A DNA stretch of 64,000 nt, from the NCBI GenBank assembly GCA_001179505.1, contig CDMY01000781.1:186001-250000 (forward strand), written 5' to 3'. The stretch comes from Vitrella brassicaformis CCMP3155 (Eukaryota; Protista; Chromerida). Positions 12,933 through 25,580 of the stretch are shown here, one piece after another; the stretch's first letter is position 1, and every line of letters begins with the position of its first letter. A program made the translations under genes and the position numbers. Below the pieces are notes generated by a model. It had not been told where the DNA came from, did not search any database, and worked only from the letters and a program-made list of their open reading frames with translations.

Positions 12933-14044
12933 ATGGACCATCGTCACTTCGCTGTAGGCGGCATGGGCATGCCCTCCTACGCCTTCCCTCTCCCATACAG
13001 ACCACAGCCACAGCAGCAACTGCCCCGACCATCGCCACTCCCACTCCCACCGCCACTCCCACCCCCACCCCCACCACGGCCATCACCACCAGAGGAGGAC
13101 CAGGAGGGCATGGAGGGCGAGGATGTCGAGGACTACGATGAAGAGGAGGAGGAGGACTACGAGGAAGAAGAGGACGAAGGAGAGGGCATGGAGCCGAGTG
13201 ATTTCCGGTACCCTCCACCCCAGCAACAGCAGCAGCAGCAGCAGCAGCTGCTGCAGCACCGACCCAATGGCCCGGTGCCATTCGCCAGAGCGCCGTACCA
13301 GTACGTCAACAACCGTGCCTATGCCCAGCAGCAGCAGCTTGCCAGGGGTGCGAGGTATGACCAGCACCCGAATCATGAGGAAGACGATGAGGAGTTTGAG
13401 GAGGAGGGCGACGGCCACCACCACGACGAGTCCGACCAGGACGAGGCGGATGACCATGTGAGGCGGCCAGCCACTAGGGGACAGATGAATGGGCGGGCGA
13501 GGGGCCTGGCGCATGGGAATGGGGCGGGCGCGGGCACGTCGGCCGCTGCTATTGGTGCCGGCGGTGGTGTTGGTGTGGCAAAGAGGACGAAGGGGCAGCC
13601 CGATGAGTGTGCAGAGGCCGACCTGGCCATCAAGTGAGTGACTGCAAGACCATCCAGCGAGCAGCGGATCGATGAATGGACAAATGGACGATGCGCGCGT
13701 CTGTCTTTGTGGTCATGTGTCAGCCGTGTGTACGACGAGGGGGCCAAGAATATCATTTTCGACTCGTGCGAGGAAATTCGGTACCTACGAACACGTACAC
13801 GCACTCAGTTTCCCCTCTCTCTCTCTCTCTCTTTCTCTCCATGTCCTCTACTGTGTCTGTGTGGTTCAGGAATCGTGTGAAGCGTTATTTGGAGCGTACG
13901 AAGGAGGGGTTTGAGGCCTTGCTGCGGCACCTCAAGGACAAATTCCCCGACGTAGACGTCCGCCTGGAGGACCTGCAGGGTGCGTTGGTTAGGCCGTGCC
14001 ACGCTGTTTGTGCAGACTGCATGAGCCTCCCTTGCTGTCATTCA

Positions 14045-14078
<34 letters not shown>

Positions 14079-15052
14079 TGTGTCAGACTTCATGAGGGAG
14101 CACGGGCCGATGGGGGGCTTGGACAAGTGAGCGGTGAAAAGAGGCAGGGAGGCAGGGAGGGAGGGAGGGAGGGAGGAGGGTGGGGGACAGGACAGCCACC
14201 CCACCCGCCGCGCCCTTCGTGTGTGACATGAATCACCTGCTGTGCTCTTGTATTCACCAGCATCTGCTACTGGTGTCTGTATTGGTTCTTCGAGGCCATC
14301 TACAATGGCGAGATTGAGAGCGCATTCAAGCCACTCAGAAACCAGAGAAGGAAGTTGCTCGAAGGTAGGCAATGAATAAATGAATGCCCGACAGACCCGA
14401 CAAGCCCTGCCCTGCCTCCCTGTGTGTCTGTGTGTGTGTACGTTTGTGTGTCTGTGTGTGTGGGTGTGGATCGACCGATCGACCAGATGTGTACAAGAGC
14501 ATGCAGATGGTGGCCCGGAAGGAAAAGACCAAAGAGCAGTACGAGCACGAGCTCAAACACGGTGGGCGGGGGGGGATGTCGTGGTGGGGGGAGTCACTCC
14601 AAACACACAAACACACACACACACAGAGAGAGAGAGAGAGGGTCTGTCAATGGTGGGTGTGTATGTGTTGTGTGTATGTGACGGTTGTCCGTCGGTTTGA
14701 CAGACTGCATAGCTGAGGACAAGTGGCTCAAGGGCGCCAAGGCACCAAGTAAGCAAACAGGCGCTCAGCGATATATATAAGCATCCCTGTGTGTGTGTGT
14801 GTGTGTGTGTGCATTCGTATGTTCTCAATCTGTCAATGTGTGCATGCTTGTCCCTCTCCCTCTCCCCTTCCCAGAGCGTAAGCCACAAGCAAGCCAACCA
14901 CAACACCCTGGGCTAAGAGACTTATAGACGCCTCTTGTGTCTGTGTGTCGATAGGCAAGGAGTTGCCTGGTGGTGAAGGTGCGGCGGCCAAGAAGGCCAA
15001 GGTGCCCATGCAGCAGCCCACCATCAACCAGTACTTCCACCCCGATAGGTGA
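12933..15052 (+). CDS. Hypothetical nuclear-type protein: Pro/Gln/acidic low-complexity N-terminus, helical core, PIP-box-like motif near the C-terminus
   Basis: Eight exons join in phase: ...ADLAIN|RVYDEGAKNIIFDSCEEIR|NRVKRYLERTKEGF...|DFMREHG...|ICYWCLYWFFEAIY...|DVYKSMQ...|DCIAEDKW...|SKELPGG...MQQPTINQYFHPDR-TGA (15050-15052). An alternative 3' extension to 15408 is possible. Confidence 0.75.
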
Positions 15053-15969
15053 CACGATGATGGACGCGAGTGCGGCCGGCTAGCCAGGGCCCAGGTCCGG
15101 TCCGCCGCTGGCCGATAGCTATGGCGTCGCAGCAGCTGGGGGCTAATTCAGTGAGTGAGCTGTATGGCAGCGTGTGGTGGGTGTGCGGGAGTGTCCGTGG
15201 AGTGTTGGGCGCATTGTTTGGCCGGTCGATGCGATGCATGGAACTCTCCCTGCGGCTGCTGCTGTATAGTGAATCGTGTGCCGTGTCCAGTCAGTCAGTC
15301 AATCCATCAGAGCCTCCCTACGAGCTGGACAAGACGCCCGGTGACTGGAGCGAGAGGCCTTCCAAAAGCCTCTCGCTCCAGTCGCCAACCTCCTCGTTTT
15401 GCTCGTAGGGAGGCTCTGATCGCGCGTATGTATGGTGTCATGGTATGGATGAGACACAAACAGGTGACTGTCTCACCTCATCAACGTCGAAGGCAACACA
15501 ACACAACCAACATATATACAACTGTCCCACCTCCACTCGACTCTGGTCGGACCCCACCCACGCAAACACGTACATTCTTGGCAGACAGGCAGACGGGCCC
15601 ATCCGCCCACCATTCCGTGTGTGTGTAGAAAAAGAGCGATTCACTCATTGATTTCGTCGTATGTATGTATGTATGATACACATCACAGCACAATCGACGC
15701 ACACACGTACACACGCACCTACCTACGTGGAGAAAAATACACACACGACACACCGAGTGGATGCTCCAACAGCCGGCCATATTGCATGTGAGAATTGGAA
15801 GGAACAGCTGTGATCGTCGAGAAAATTGCTACAAGGAAGCGTTATCTTGGCGGTAGCACGCAGCGTTAAAACCCGGAAAAACAGCCCGTGCGGCCGTGCA
15901 ACCTGGCCCCCTGATGTGATTGGTTGCCTCTCGTCGGTCGAGAAGCCGGACCGCTACACGTAGCTAAAG

Positions 15970-18900
15970 CTAGCAGGTGGTAGTAACACAGAGAAAACGC
16001 GCCGAACACATCTGACCCATGGCCCTCCCTCCCTCTCTCCCCCACTATGGTTGATTCATGCAGCGAGTGAGACGAGCTGCTGGAAAGTGCCCCACTCGGG
16101 CGGCGACATCTTGGCCTCCACCTCATGCTCGGTGGCCAGGGGGACCAGCCCGAAGTCACGAGACAATACATCCAACACGTTCTTGGTCAGGAAACCCGGC
16201 AACCTGCACACACACACACACCGAGGGAGGGAGGGAGGGAGGGAGACGGGTGTGTATATGGGTGTCTGAGTGTGTGTGTATGTACTTTGGTCCGATGTAG
16301 AGGGGTTTGACTTTGAGGAAGAGGAGTGTGAGCAGCACCGCCACGGCCTTCTGCTCGAACCAGGACAGCACTATCGACAGGGGCAGGTCGTTCACCTAGA
16401 CATGCACAGGTCAACACACCGATGGGTGGGCGGATGGGTGGCCCCTCCCTCCCTCCCTCCCTCCCTCCATCACTCCTTCACTCACCCCGCAGTTGAGTGC
16501 ATCTGCCAGCGTGAGGGCCACCTGGATCGCGCCGAACGCATCGTTGCACTGACCCAAATCCAACAACCTGCACCCACACAAACACGGACCAGGATCCTCT
16601 CTTGTTTGTCGCATCCATCCGTTCGACAGACGATATACCTGGGCAGTGTGCCATCGATTTTGCCCATTCCCTCCTCCAGGTGGTTGATTCGGTATTTGCC
16701 GCACCCCAGCGTCATCACCACAGACGTCTGCGGCAGCTGCTTCACCAGATCGGTGTAGAACGATCTCTCGCCCTCAGAGCCGTCACAGCCACCCACCAGA
16801 TAAAACCTGAGACAGACGCGGGCCGGGTCTCAGTGCAATGCAGGTGTGTGCGTTGGGGTGGGGTACCTACCGTTTGATCTTGCCCTCTTGGATGAGTTTG
16901 AGGACGGTCTGTGCGTTCTTGACGATCCACTGGTAGCTGTGGCCGACGTGGAATGAGGGCGGCATGTGCTTCTGCACCGGGTCACGCACGTTGAACTCGG
17001 TGTCGGCCTCAGTGAAGCCAGGGGCCGCCTCGGCAGCCTGCATAGCACACACACACACACACACACACACGCGCGCGAAGCGATAGAATAAAGAGGGAAG
17101 ACTCCTGCACTGGCGACCTACCTGTATGAGCTTTGAGAGATCCTTGGTGCTCTCGAGGTGCTGGATGTCCTCACCCCCACACACGCCCGTCGTGAAGATG
17201 CGATCCTGAACACACAACAACACAAACACACACAAACACACGGTGGCTGGGTCCCCCTCCCTCCCTCTCTCCCTCCCTCCCTCCCCTGCACAAGCAATCT
17301 GCGCACCTTGTAAGGGCTTTTGTGTATGAGTGGCATGAGACAATTGGTCGTGACCAGGATGGCTCCGGGGAACTTGGAGAACTGACGTCGCTGGTTCTGC
17401 CAGGCACCCCCGAAGTGCCCGGCAAGGTGTGGGTATGCCTTGAGCTTGGGGTAGGTGTGGGCAGGCATCAACTCGCCGTGAGTATACACCTGGATGCCTC
17501 TGTCCTGACAACACAACACAACACACACCCAAGGGCCAGGGAGGAACGCTGGCTTGATGTGTGTGGTGTGTTTTGGCTGGGCTGGGTGTGTGTGCGGCTG
17601 CCTGACTGACCTTGGTGGCCTCGAGGACATCGTGCAGCATGGAAAGATCGTGGCCCGTGACGAGAATGCACTTGCCTGCTCGGCATACAAAACGTGAGCT
17701 GAGCTGAGCTGTCTTGTTTGTGTGAGGTACAGTACCTGGTTTGGGTCTGACGGGCACTTCCGTCGGCTCCGGCTCGCCAAATGTGGCGTTGGCCTCAGAC
17801 AGCAACTTCATGACCAAGTAGTTGATCTGAACGGCCAGGGACACGTACACACACACACTTCTTTAAGTGCGATCTTGGCGATCTTGTCTTAAGCTTGACT
17901 GACTGATCCGACTCTGAGGGCCATCTCGAGGCATTTGCTGAGGTCCAGGGCGTCGGGCGATGTGAGGAAGGCCAACGCCTCGTAGGCGAACGAGTAAACA
18001 GAGGAGTCCTGGCACACACAGTCCCTCCATTAATCCCGCATCAAGCTGTCTTGTCCTTCGAGCACACCTCCTTGCCGATGAGTTGGGCGTGTGCGGCATA
18101 TGCAGCTGCGCCTTTGAGACCGTACACGACCAGCTCCTGGGCGCCTACCACATCCTCGTTGTCGACGTCATACTGCTTCTGCTCCACACCCGTCGAGCCG
18201 GCGATGTCCGTCAACTCAAATATGTCGCCCTCAGCCAACACCGACGCGTAGCGAGACTGACGCACACACACATGAAGAGGAATAATGGTGGGTGTGCATT
18301 CCTGTCGAAGAAAGGGTCTCTGTTTTCGTGCGTGTGTGGGCGTACGGGCAGCTGTCTGTATTGTTTGCCGCATGCTTTGGCGAAGAACTGGTCGGTCAGG
18401 CCGAGGTGCGTGTTGGCGGCCGCCTTGACCTGAGCGATGTAGCCCTCCGTCTCGCGCAGGTAGTCGATGAACCGATCGTCGTCGAAGTTCACATTCGTCT
18501 GCAAAGGGCCACACACAGACACAAAGCACTCTCTGCTGTAATCTGGCGTCGGTTGCCCCTCCGATGCACCCACCCACTCATTCACCATGGTGGCGAAGAT
18601 GGAGTCCAGGAGGAAGACGTTCATCTTGTGGACGTCAAACGGCACCTCCACCACATCGCTCATCTCTTCAGACGGGAAGGGCGGCTGGTCGGCGAACTTG
18701 ATGCTCTTCTTGTTGGCACGGAATGCGTCCACGAAGAAGCTGAGCTCCTTGAGCTTGTGGATGAGGAGGTCCTGCAGCATGGCCACCTCGGCCGTCTTGC
18801 CGCACTCGCCTGTCTTGGTGCAGCTCATGCCGTGAGACGTCTGCTCGCACTAAAGGAGAAAAAAGGAGAAAAACATACAATGTCGTGGATGAATCAATCG

Positions 18901-18970
18901 TTTGAGTGAGCGTCACCTGGTAGCAGAACATCTTGTTCATGGGCTGGAACTCCTCTATCTCGGCAGCCAT
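15970..18970 (-). CDS. hcp: Hybrid cluster protein (prismane; hydroxylamine/NO reductase), more than 10 introns
   Basis: MFCYQ|[18 protein letters not shown] (Cx2Cx8Cx5C), [107 protein letters not shown]. Confidence 0.97.
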
Positions 18971-19227
18971 GGTGAGGATCTTGTTGATATGCGAAAATCA
19001 GCCCAGCCACACACGCCGGGTGTCGCTTTGTGTCTGACGAAGCAGCGCCACGCAGATCTTCCCTCCGGCTGGTATTGCCATTCTTGGTTTGATCCGACGG
19101 ATTATTTGTTTGTGCGAGCTCGGGTGAGGGGCGTCTCTGGGGGCCATGCAGCCGAGTCATTCGCTGGCGCAACCGAGGACTGGTGTTCTGAAGGCACTCC
19201 TACAAAGACGCTTCCGTGCAGGACACA

Positions 19228-19989
19228 ATGTCGTGCTCGATGTCCTGCTGCGACACGAGGAAGACGGGCGCTCTCGGGACGCCCCTGTGCACGCCGAGAC
19301 GGATAGAAGGTGAAAATGGTCCGAAGAGAGGGACCCAGATGCCCATCGGCTCACCCGGCGCCGCATCGACGTCAACAGCAGCGGGTGTCACGAGAGAGGG
19401 CTCGTCTGAGAGTCTGCGAAGCCTGGAGGAGACGCTGGCGCGGGGCGCGAGCAGCCGGGCAGACAAGCGGGAGATCCAGAAGGTGCTCAAGGCGGCGCTG
19501 GCCAAGTTCACCAAGGACATGCGGAAGGGAAAGCTGCTCATGAAGCTGGGCAAGAACGGGCGGCTCTTCTACCGATTGTGCACTATCGACCACAGTGAAG
19601 ATGTACGTGGGGAAACATACAATGCGGGAGACTCACGGGCATGGGAGACACACCGCCATCTCTGTCTGCAGGTGTTTTCGATCCACATTAGAGGAGCCAT
19701 AGTGGAGTTCCCTTTCGAGTCGATGCACCGGATAGACTACGGATACAACTTCGCGGAAGGTGGCCAGATCCCCATCAGCCTGCCGTCCGAGAGCCTGGCG
19801 GCGTCGATTGTCATGAAGCTGGGGCCGCCCCCTGTGCCCCGGGGCGCCCCGCCCCTGTCGCCGCGCCATGAGGTGGTCAATCTGGTGTTTGGGTCGGTTT
19901 CTGAGAGGGACGAATATGTGGTGTGCATGCTCCTGATGAGGAACAAGAGCCAACACAAGGCCAAGGCAAGGATGTGGAGGCTATGGTGA
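19228..19989 (+). CDS. ISP-like (inner membrane complex sub-compartment protein) PH-fold protein with N-terminal cysteines
   Basis: N-terminus MSCSMSCC; core FTKDMRKGKLLMKLGKNGRLFYRLCTIDHSED|VFSIHIRGAIVEFPFESMHRIDYG...LVFGSVSERDEYVVCMLLMRN matches the ISP/PH pattern ending in an ERD-xV helix. One intron at about 19605-19671. Confidence 0.7.
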   Translation: MSCSMSCCDTRKTGALGTPLCTPRRIEGENGPKRGTQMPIGSPGAASTSTAAGVTREGSSESLRSLEETLARGASSRADKREIQKVLKAALAKFTKDMRKGKLLMKLGKNGRLFYRLCTIDHSEDVRGETYNAGDSRAWETHRHLCLQVFSIHIRGAIVEFPFESMHRIDYGYNFAEGGQIPISLPSESLAASIVMKLGPPPVPRGAPPLSPRHEVVNLVFGSVSERDEYVVCMLLMRNKSQHKAKARMWRLW

Positions 19990-20393
19990 CCGATCGATGT
20001 GTGTGCTGGGAGACGTGTGGACCGTGCGCACGTGTGTACGTGTGTGGAGACATGACTGCGTGTGTAGACATGACTGCATACACTGAGGGATGTATCTCTG
20101 CGTGACGGAGAGAGAGAGAGAGAGAGAGAGAGACGAACACACACAAGAGGGGGGGAAGGAAAGCGGATAGTTGACTTGGCCACAGATGGAGTCTGAGCAT
20201 AATACCACAATGACAAATAGGTCTACAGAGCGACTCAGAGAGACACACAGGCAGACGGTCGGTGTGTCCTCCCTCCCTCACTGCATGCCCCCCTCTTCTG
20301 TTTCCAGATGCCGACGCTGGATCCCAGACCGCATCTCCTTGCTGCGCTGCGTCAGCTCTCGATCCGCATCAACATCAACACGTCATTGCATGG

Positions 20394-20987
20394 TCAGTAC
20401 GCCGGTGGGGCGTCTCGTCTGTAGCCATATGGGTCAGTGTAATTGTCATTGTAGCTGCTTCCACCGCCACCGTGTGGCGCCTGCTCACTGCTCCCTGCAC
20501 ACACAAACAGACACATCCCACAAAGAGGGGAGACATCAGTGTTGGATTGGATTGTCTTGACACTGACCGTAGACCGCTGCCGGTTGCCCGTCAGGGCCGT
20601 ATGGGTGATTGTTGAATGTGTCGACTTGAGGGGCCGATGGATAAGGGCCGTAGTAAGCACCAGGACTGGTAGAATAAGCGTCATATCGCCCATCCTGCTG
20701 ATGAGCAGAGGTCATTTCCATTGGCTCGATTGTGGCGGCCGCCGCTCCCTGGTTGGGGTTTCTTCTCCTCCTCAGCCGCCTACCCCTATTGCGGCATACC
20801 AGCGCGATGATCAGAAACACGACAGCGCCGCTGAACACACGAAGAATGCGGAATGACACAATGCGATGAGTGGTGTTCGCCAAGTGTTCGCTTACATGCC
20901 AATGGGCCAGATCACACGGGCGATCCTTGCTGTTTTGAGGATGCCTCTCGAGCTCCTCATCCTGCCTCGAACACGCCCCGCACGCAT
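20394..20987 (-). CDS. Small single-pass membrane protein with a Tyr/Pro-rich tail (PSAP and PPxY motifs); start uncertain
   Basis: Three exons in phase: ...RIARVIWPIG|IGAVVFLIIALVCRNRGRRLRRRR...YYGPYPSAPQ...AAVY|GSSEQ...DAPPAY-stop (20394). Confidence 0.7.
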
Positions 20988-21169
20988 CGCGCCCCCACGA
21001 CCCTGATCTCGCACCCTCAAGATGGGTGGCAGCCACTCCGCGCTCCGGGCAGACGTGAGCCCCCTGGCCTTTCTGCGGACGCTAGAGTAAGGTTCAGTCA
21101 TTCACGTCTTCAGTATGTCATTCCCGGTGCGATTGTTGTGCATGCAGGAAGCTGGACGAGGATGAGAAG

Positions 21170-23554
21170 ATGGGTGATGAGGCGAAGCTGGCGGCCACTC
21201 GTGAGCTCTTCGAGAAGGCCAAGAAGAGACGAGGTCTGGCCGACAAAAAGGGGCAGGTGACAACACGCGACGAGAGGGACCACAGCTATGACCAACAGCT
21301 GGTCGAGGGAGGCACCTTGGCAGGTGAAATCCAGGCAAAGGCAGCAAAGCACATGCCTCACACGCCGTCCCATTTACCGTACTCTCACCTGCAGGCAAGC
21401 CGTGCAAAGGCATCATGCGCTTCATCCGCGCCATGAGCGACAGGCCTGGCCGTGGGTGGCGCCGTCTCGGCCTGGAGGTTGCGTCGAGCTTCTTTTCGGT
21501 GGCTGCGGCACGGGAGGAGATGGTCAAGATGGACATCGCCTATCGCATTGTCGTCTTCTCACTGCCGGAGAGCGATGCACAGACCAGGACGGCCGACTTT
21601 GTGCAGCACCAAGTCTTCGCCGCCAGGCTGCTGAACGATATGGCCGATTTTCCCGAGTTTTTCCCGTCTCTGCTGTCCTCCACAACCATGAACGCCCTCT
21701 GTCTCCTGCTCACGCAGCTGGCCGAAGTAAGCAGGACAGCTCAAGCATCCCTCTCCTGTGTCGTCCTTCCATCCATCCATCCATCCATCCTGATCATCAG
21801 GTGGAAGCCCTCGTCTTGCATTGCTTCGCCCGCCTGAGCGAATGGCTGGACAATCTGGAGCCTATTGTAGACCAAGGGGCCCTTGAGTACCTGTCACAAT
21901 TCTTCCGCACCTCCCGCCCATCCATGTGTGTCGCTGCCAAGAGGAAGCTTGGCAGCAGTAGCAGGGGAGACAGGGAGAGCGAGTCGTCGGCCACTGTGGG
22001 GGAGAGGCATCTGCGAGCCATCCAGTACTGTGCCTCGGTGCTCGCCACATTTGTCAGATTCGGCAGCAGTGTCAGCGTGGAGTACTCTGTCATCCTGGAG
22101 GCGTTGCAGCACACAAGTGACATCAAGGTGCTCGCGGAGATCTCACGCCTGCTGTAAGTGAAGGGAAAGAAAGAAAGAAATGATGCCGTCCACTTGCCGT
22201 TTCTTGATATGACAGGTACTGGCTGCTGAGACGTCATTCGCCCAATGAGGTCCTCAGCAGGCTGGAGGCGGCCGCTCAGCCTTCGTCGCTGCAGACAGTG
22301 GTTGCCACCCTCTGCTCTGCGTGGACACACAAAGCCCTCCCGCTCATCCAACCACACCAAACAGACAGCGACAAGGCAGGTGCAGGTGGTGGTGCACGGC
22401 TGGTCACATCGCCATGCACCAGTCCGTGCCAGAAGGCGTCTGGTGATGAAGAGGAGCACAGGCGGTGGGCTGACCGGTTTGTGTGTCACATGAATCTGTC
22501 GCTGTGGCTGCTGCTGCCACTGAGCCAGTTCAGATGGCGGGCCGCGAGGGCTGAGGGCATCAAGGGTAGGTTCGTGAGACAATGGACACATGTGATGCCT
22601 TCTTCTTCTGGTCATTGTCTCTCATGTGTGCAGGTTTGAGTGCCGCGTTCGCAATGCCCGACAGCCTGCTCGGACAAGTGAGATACATTCATTTACTTAT
22701 ACGTACCAATCCGCTAGCTCTAACACACAGGTTGATGTGTTTTCTGCAGGCCACCTTAGGGTGTGTTCGGCAGATGATGGACACAGCAGAAGTGCGGCAA
22801 ACAGGCAAGCAGCACAAACAAACAAGACTCGCCAATCGATCACGGCACTTGCGTGTCTCTTTTCCTTTGGTGGCTTCAGAGAACGCCAAGATGCTTCGGT
22901 TCTTCTGCTGCCAGGTCCTGTGGCTGCTGCACCGCACACACGTGCATGACGGCCACACCAGCGAGGACAGACTGGCCATGCTCTCACTCCTGCTCGACAC
23001 ACTCGCAGCGTGCTCCACCACACGAGACAACCAACAACTTCTTAGAGACGCCGACGTCTGGCAGCTGCTCAGCAAGTAACTACAGAGCACATCTGTGTCT
23101 GTCTTCATGCCTCATCTCCATATGTCTGTGTGCGTGTATGGTCAGCTGGGGCATTCTCAGTTTGGAGCAGTCCTTCCCTCATGAAGATGACGCAGTAGTG
23201 AGACAGGCGTTGGAGCTCAGCTGTCTACGGTGCCTCACGAGCGTGGCCACCCACCCCCTACACCGTCTCGCCCCACTCACCCCATACCCACCACGAACCG
23301 ATGACATAGCCAGCAGCAGCGGCGGCGGCGGCTACACTGGCCAAAGGAACTTCTTGTCCTACCTGACTTCTCTGGTGGGATCGCAGTCAGCCCATGTGTC
23401 CAACCTCGCCACTTTCACGCTGATGGCCGTGTCGGAGGACTCCTTCCTGGGCGAGAGGGAGGCATTCATGACACTCTTCGCATCCATTCTGCAGGCATGG
23501 GAGCGGAATTCCTCGTTCAACTATGACGAGAGAGCCGCAACGGGCAGTCACCCC

Positions 23555-23585
<31 letters not shown>

Positions 23586-25062
23586 AGAAGGCAGAGGGGC
23601 AGATATCATCGCGCATCGATCCTCGGTTCAGGTCCCTCTTCATCAGGGGGGAGCTGGTCAGGCTCCGGATGGACTTCCTCACCACCACCGCGGCGCTCAC
23701 GTGCACCTCGCCCTACATAGCCACCACATGTCTCTCGTGGCTCTCTCGTGTGGCCCTCGAGCCAGCCTACAAGCAGGTGGTGCTCGACAGCTGTTTGTCG
23801 AAGGTGCTGCTTGTCCTGGCGCGAGGCGTCATGGCGGAGGTGAGGGAAGCTGCTGCCCTGGTGGCCAACCTGCTGTGGGGCCATCATTCGTTGGTGTGCT
23901 GGCTCAAGATGGACACGGAGCATGGGGTGGCTGTCGACTCGGCTTGTGTGCTGGTGCCGCGAAAGGTGGGCTCGCCTGTCCACGTGCCGATCGGTGAGTG
24001 ACGGAATGACAAAGAGACAGAAACACCACTGATCGCTTCTCATCCTTTGATTGTCAGGTCTAGGTATGTTCGGTGACACGTGGGGTTTTGACTTCATCAA
24101 GAACAGCTGGATAGAGCTCCAACCGTCCGGTGTGCAGCCTTCCGCTCCTCCAGGGCTCCTCATCGCCGCCCCCACCAGCGAGACATTCGACTCCCTCCCA
24201 CACACATTCTCACCGCTACGAGAAGAGCAACCCACCAACGCCCTCGGCCTTCCGGGCGTCGGCACCGGCAGAGTCGAGAAATCCCGGCCGTCAGATGCGA
24301 TGACGTGGACAATGACGTGCTGGGTGCGCATGCCGCTGTCGCGAGACACCGACCACTGCCTGGTTGAGAGCATCAGGGGAAACAGGGTGCTGGCCATCAG
24401 CAGGGAAGGGGCGTGGAGCGTGACCACGAGAGATGGCGAGGTGGTCTCTGTGGACGTGCCACAGCTGCAGGAAGGCTGGCACCTGGTGAGTGTCGTATCC
24501 TCGGCCGATGGTGGCACCAGGATCGGTGTCGACGGTTGGCAGTATTCGCTAACCTCTGTGTGGATCGACAATGCCTTCTATGCCGTCGGCAACACACGCA
24601 AGGGAGACGAGCCGTTCGGGGTCATCTGCGATTTCCGCATCTACTCGACTGCTTTATCGCCGGCAGATATGTCTGTGATGCTGGAGGGCCACGTGCGTGA
24701 CCATCCTGACGGCATCGTCAAGAGGCTGCACGAGGCAGACGCTGCCGTCGCGTTGTCGAGGGGGCTCGCTGTGCCTGACTCAAGGGCCGAGGTGATGATG
24801 GGAAAACTCTGAACAAAGCAATTCTTCTATGCCTTGGACACGTTGCAGGCCCTGCGGGCGTTGGCGAATTTGGCTACGCATTCGCCGAGGCGTGCACAAG
24901 TGAGACGAGTTGTACATGGAGGTTGACATGAGAAGTTCCATGCGTGTCGGTGCGTGTCAGGTGTTTTCGGTGTGTTGGCCATTGTTGTTGGAGTACGTCA
25001 ACTGCAGTCAGAGCCCCATGGTGCAGCGACAGGCCACTCGCCTGCTGCAGATCCTACAATGA
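21170..25062 (+). CDS. Large armadillo/HEAT-repeat protein with an embedded concanavalin-A/LamG-like domain
   Basis: Helical repeats (VLHCFARLSE, CLRCLTSVAT, VREAAALVANL, ALRALANLAT) flank a beta domain WTMTCWVRMP...GWHLVSVV...IGVDG...AVGN...FGVICDFRIYSTALS (about 24300-24670). Last exon VFSVCWPLLLEY...LLQILQ-TGA. Confidence 0.8.
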
Positions 25063-25580
25063 TACAGACAGGCAGACAGGCAGACAGGCAGACAGGCAGA
25101 CAGACAGCAGAAACAGTGCATCACGTGTGTATATATAGTTCGATGCATCGCATGTGAGACTTTTGCGATAGACTTTGAATGAAGGAGTGCTCTGTTGTCG
25201 CTAAATCGAGTCATGCATGCCCACATGGCTGTCTGTGCCTGGACTGCCCACATCTGCCGACGACATGGCGGACACTTCTATGTGGATGTCTGCCTGGCGT
25301 GTCAGGTCTGTGGTGGATCTGCTGTCTCTGCTGTGACTGTCTGGTCTGTCTACCCATGACACGTACTTGGCGTCCATGCACATGTTCATATGTCGATACG
25401 ATATACCACTGCTGCCACTAAACCATAAACGCATCCATGTTTGAGGCCGAATGGTGGATCTGGGAGACGATTTGCAAGCAGAGTGATGAATCCGATCCCC
25501 CTTAACTTCTCGAGCTCGCAACTCTCCTCCGAGAAAGAAGGGGCGCTCATTTCGCTCATTTCGGGTGAGAGAGTGCCGGG

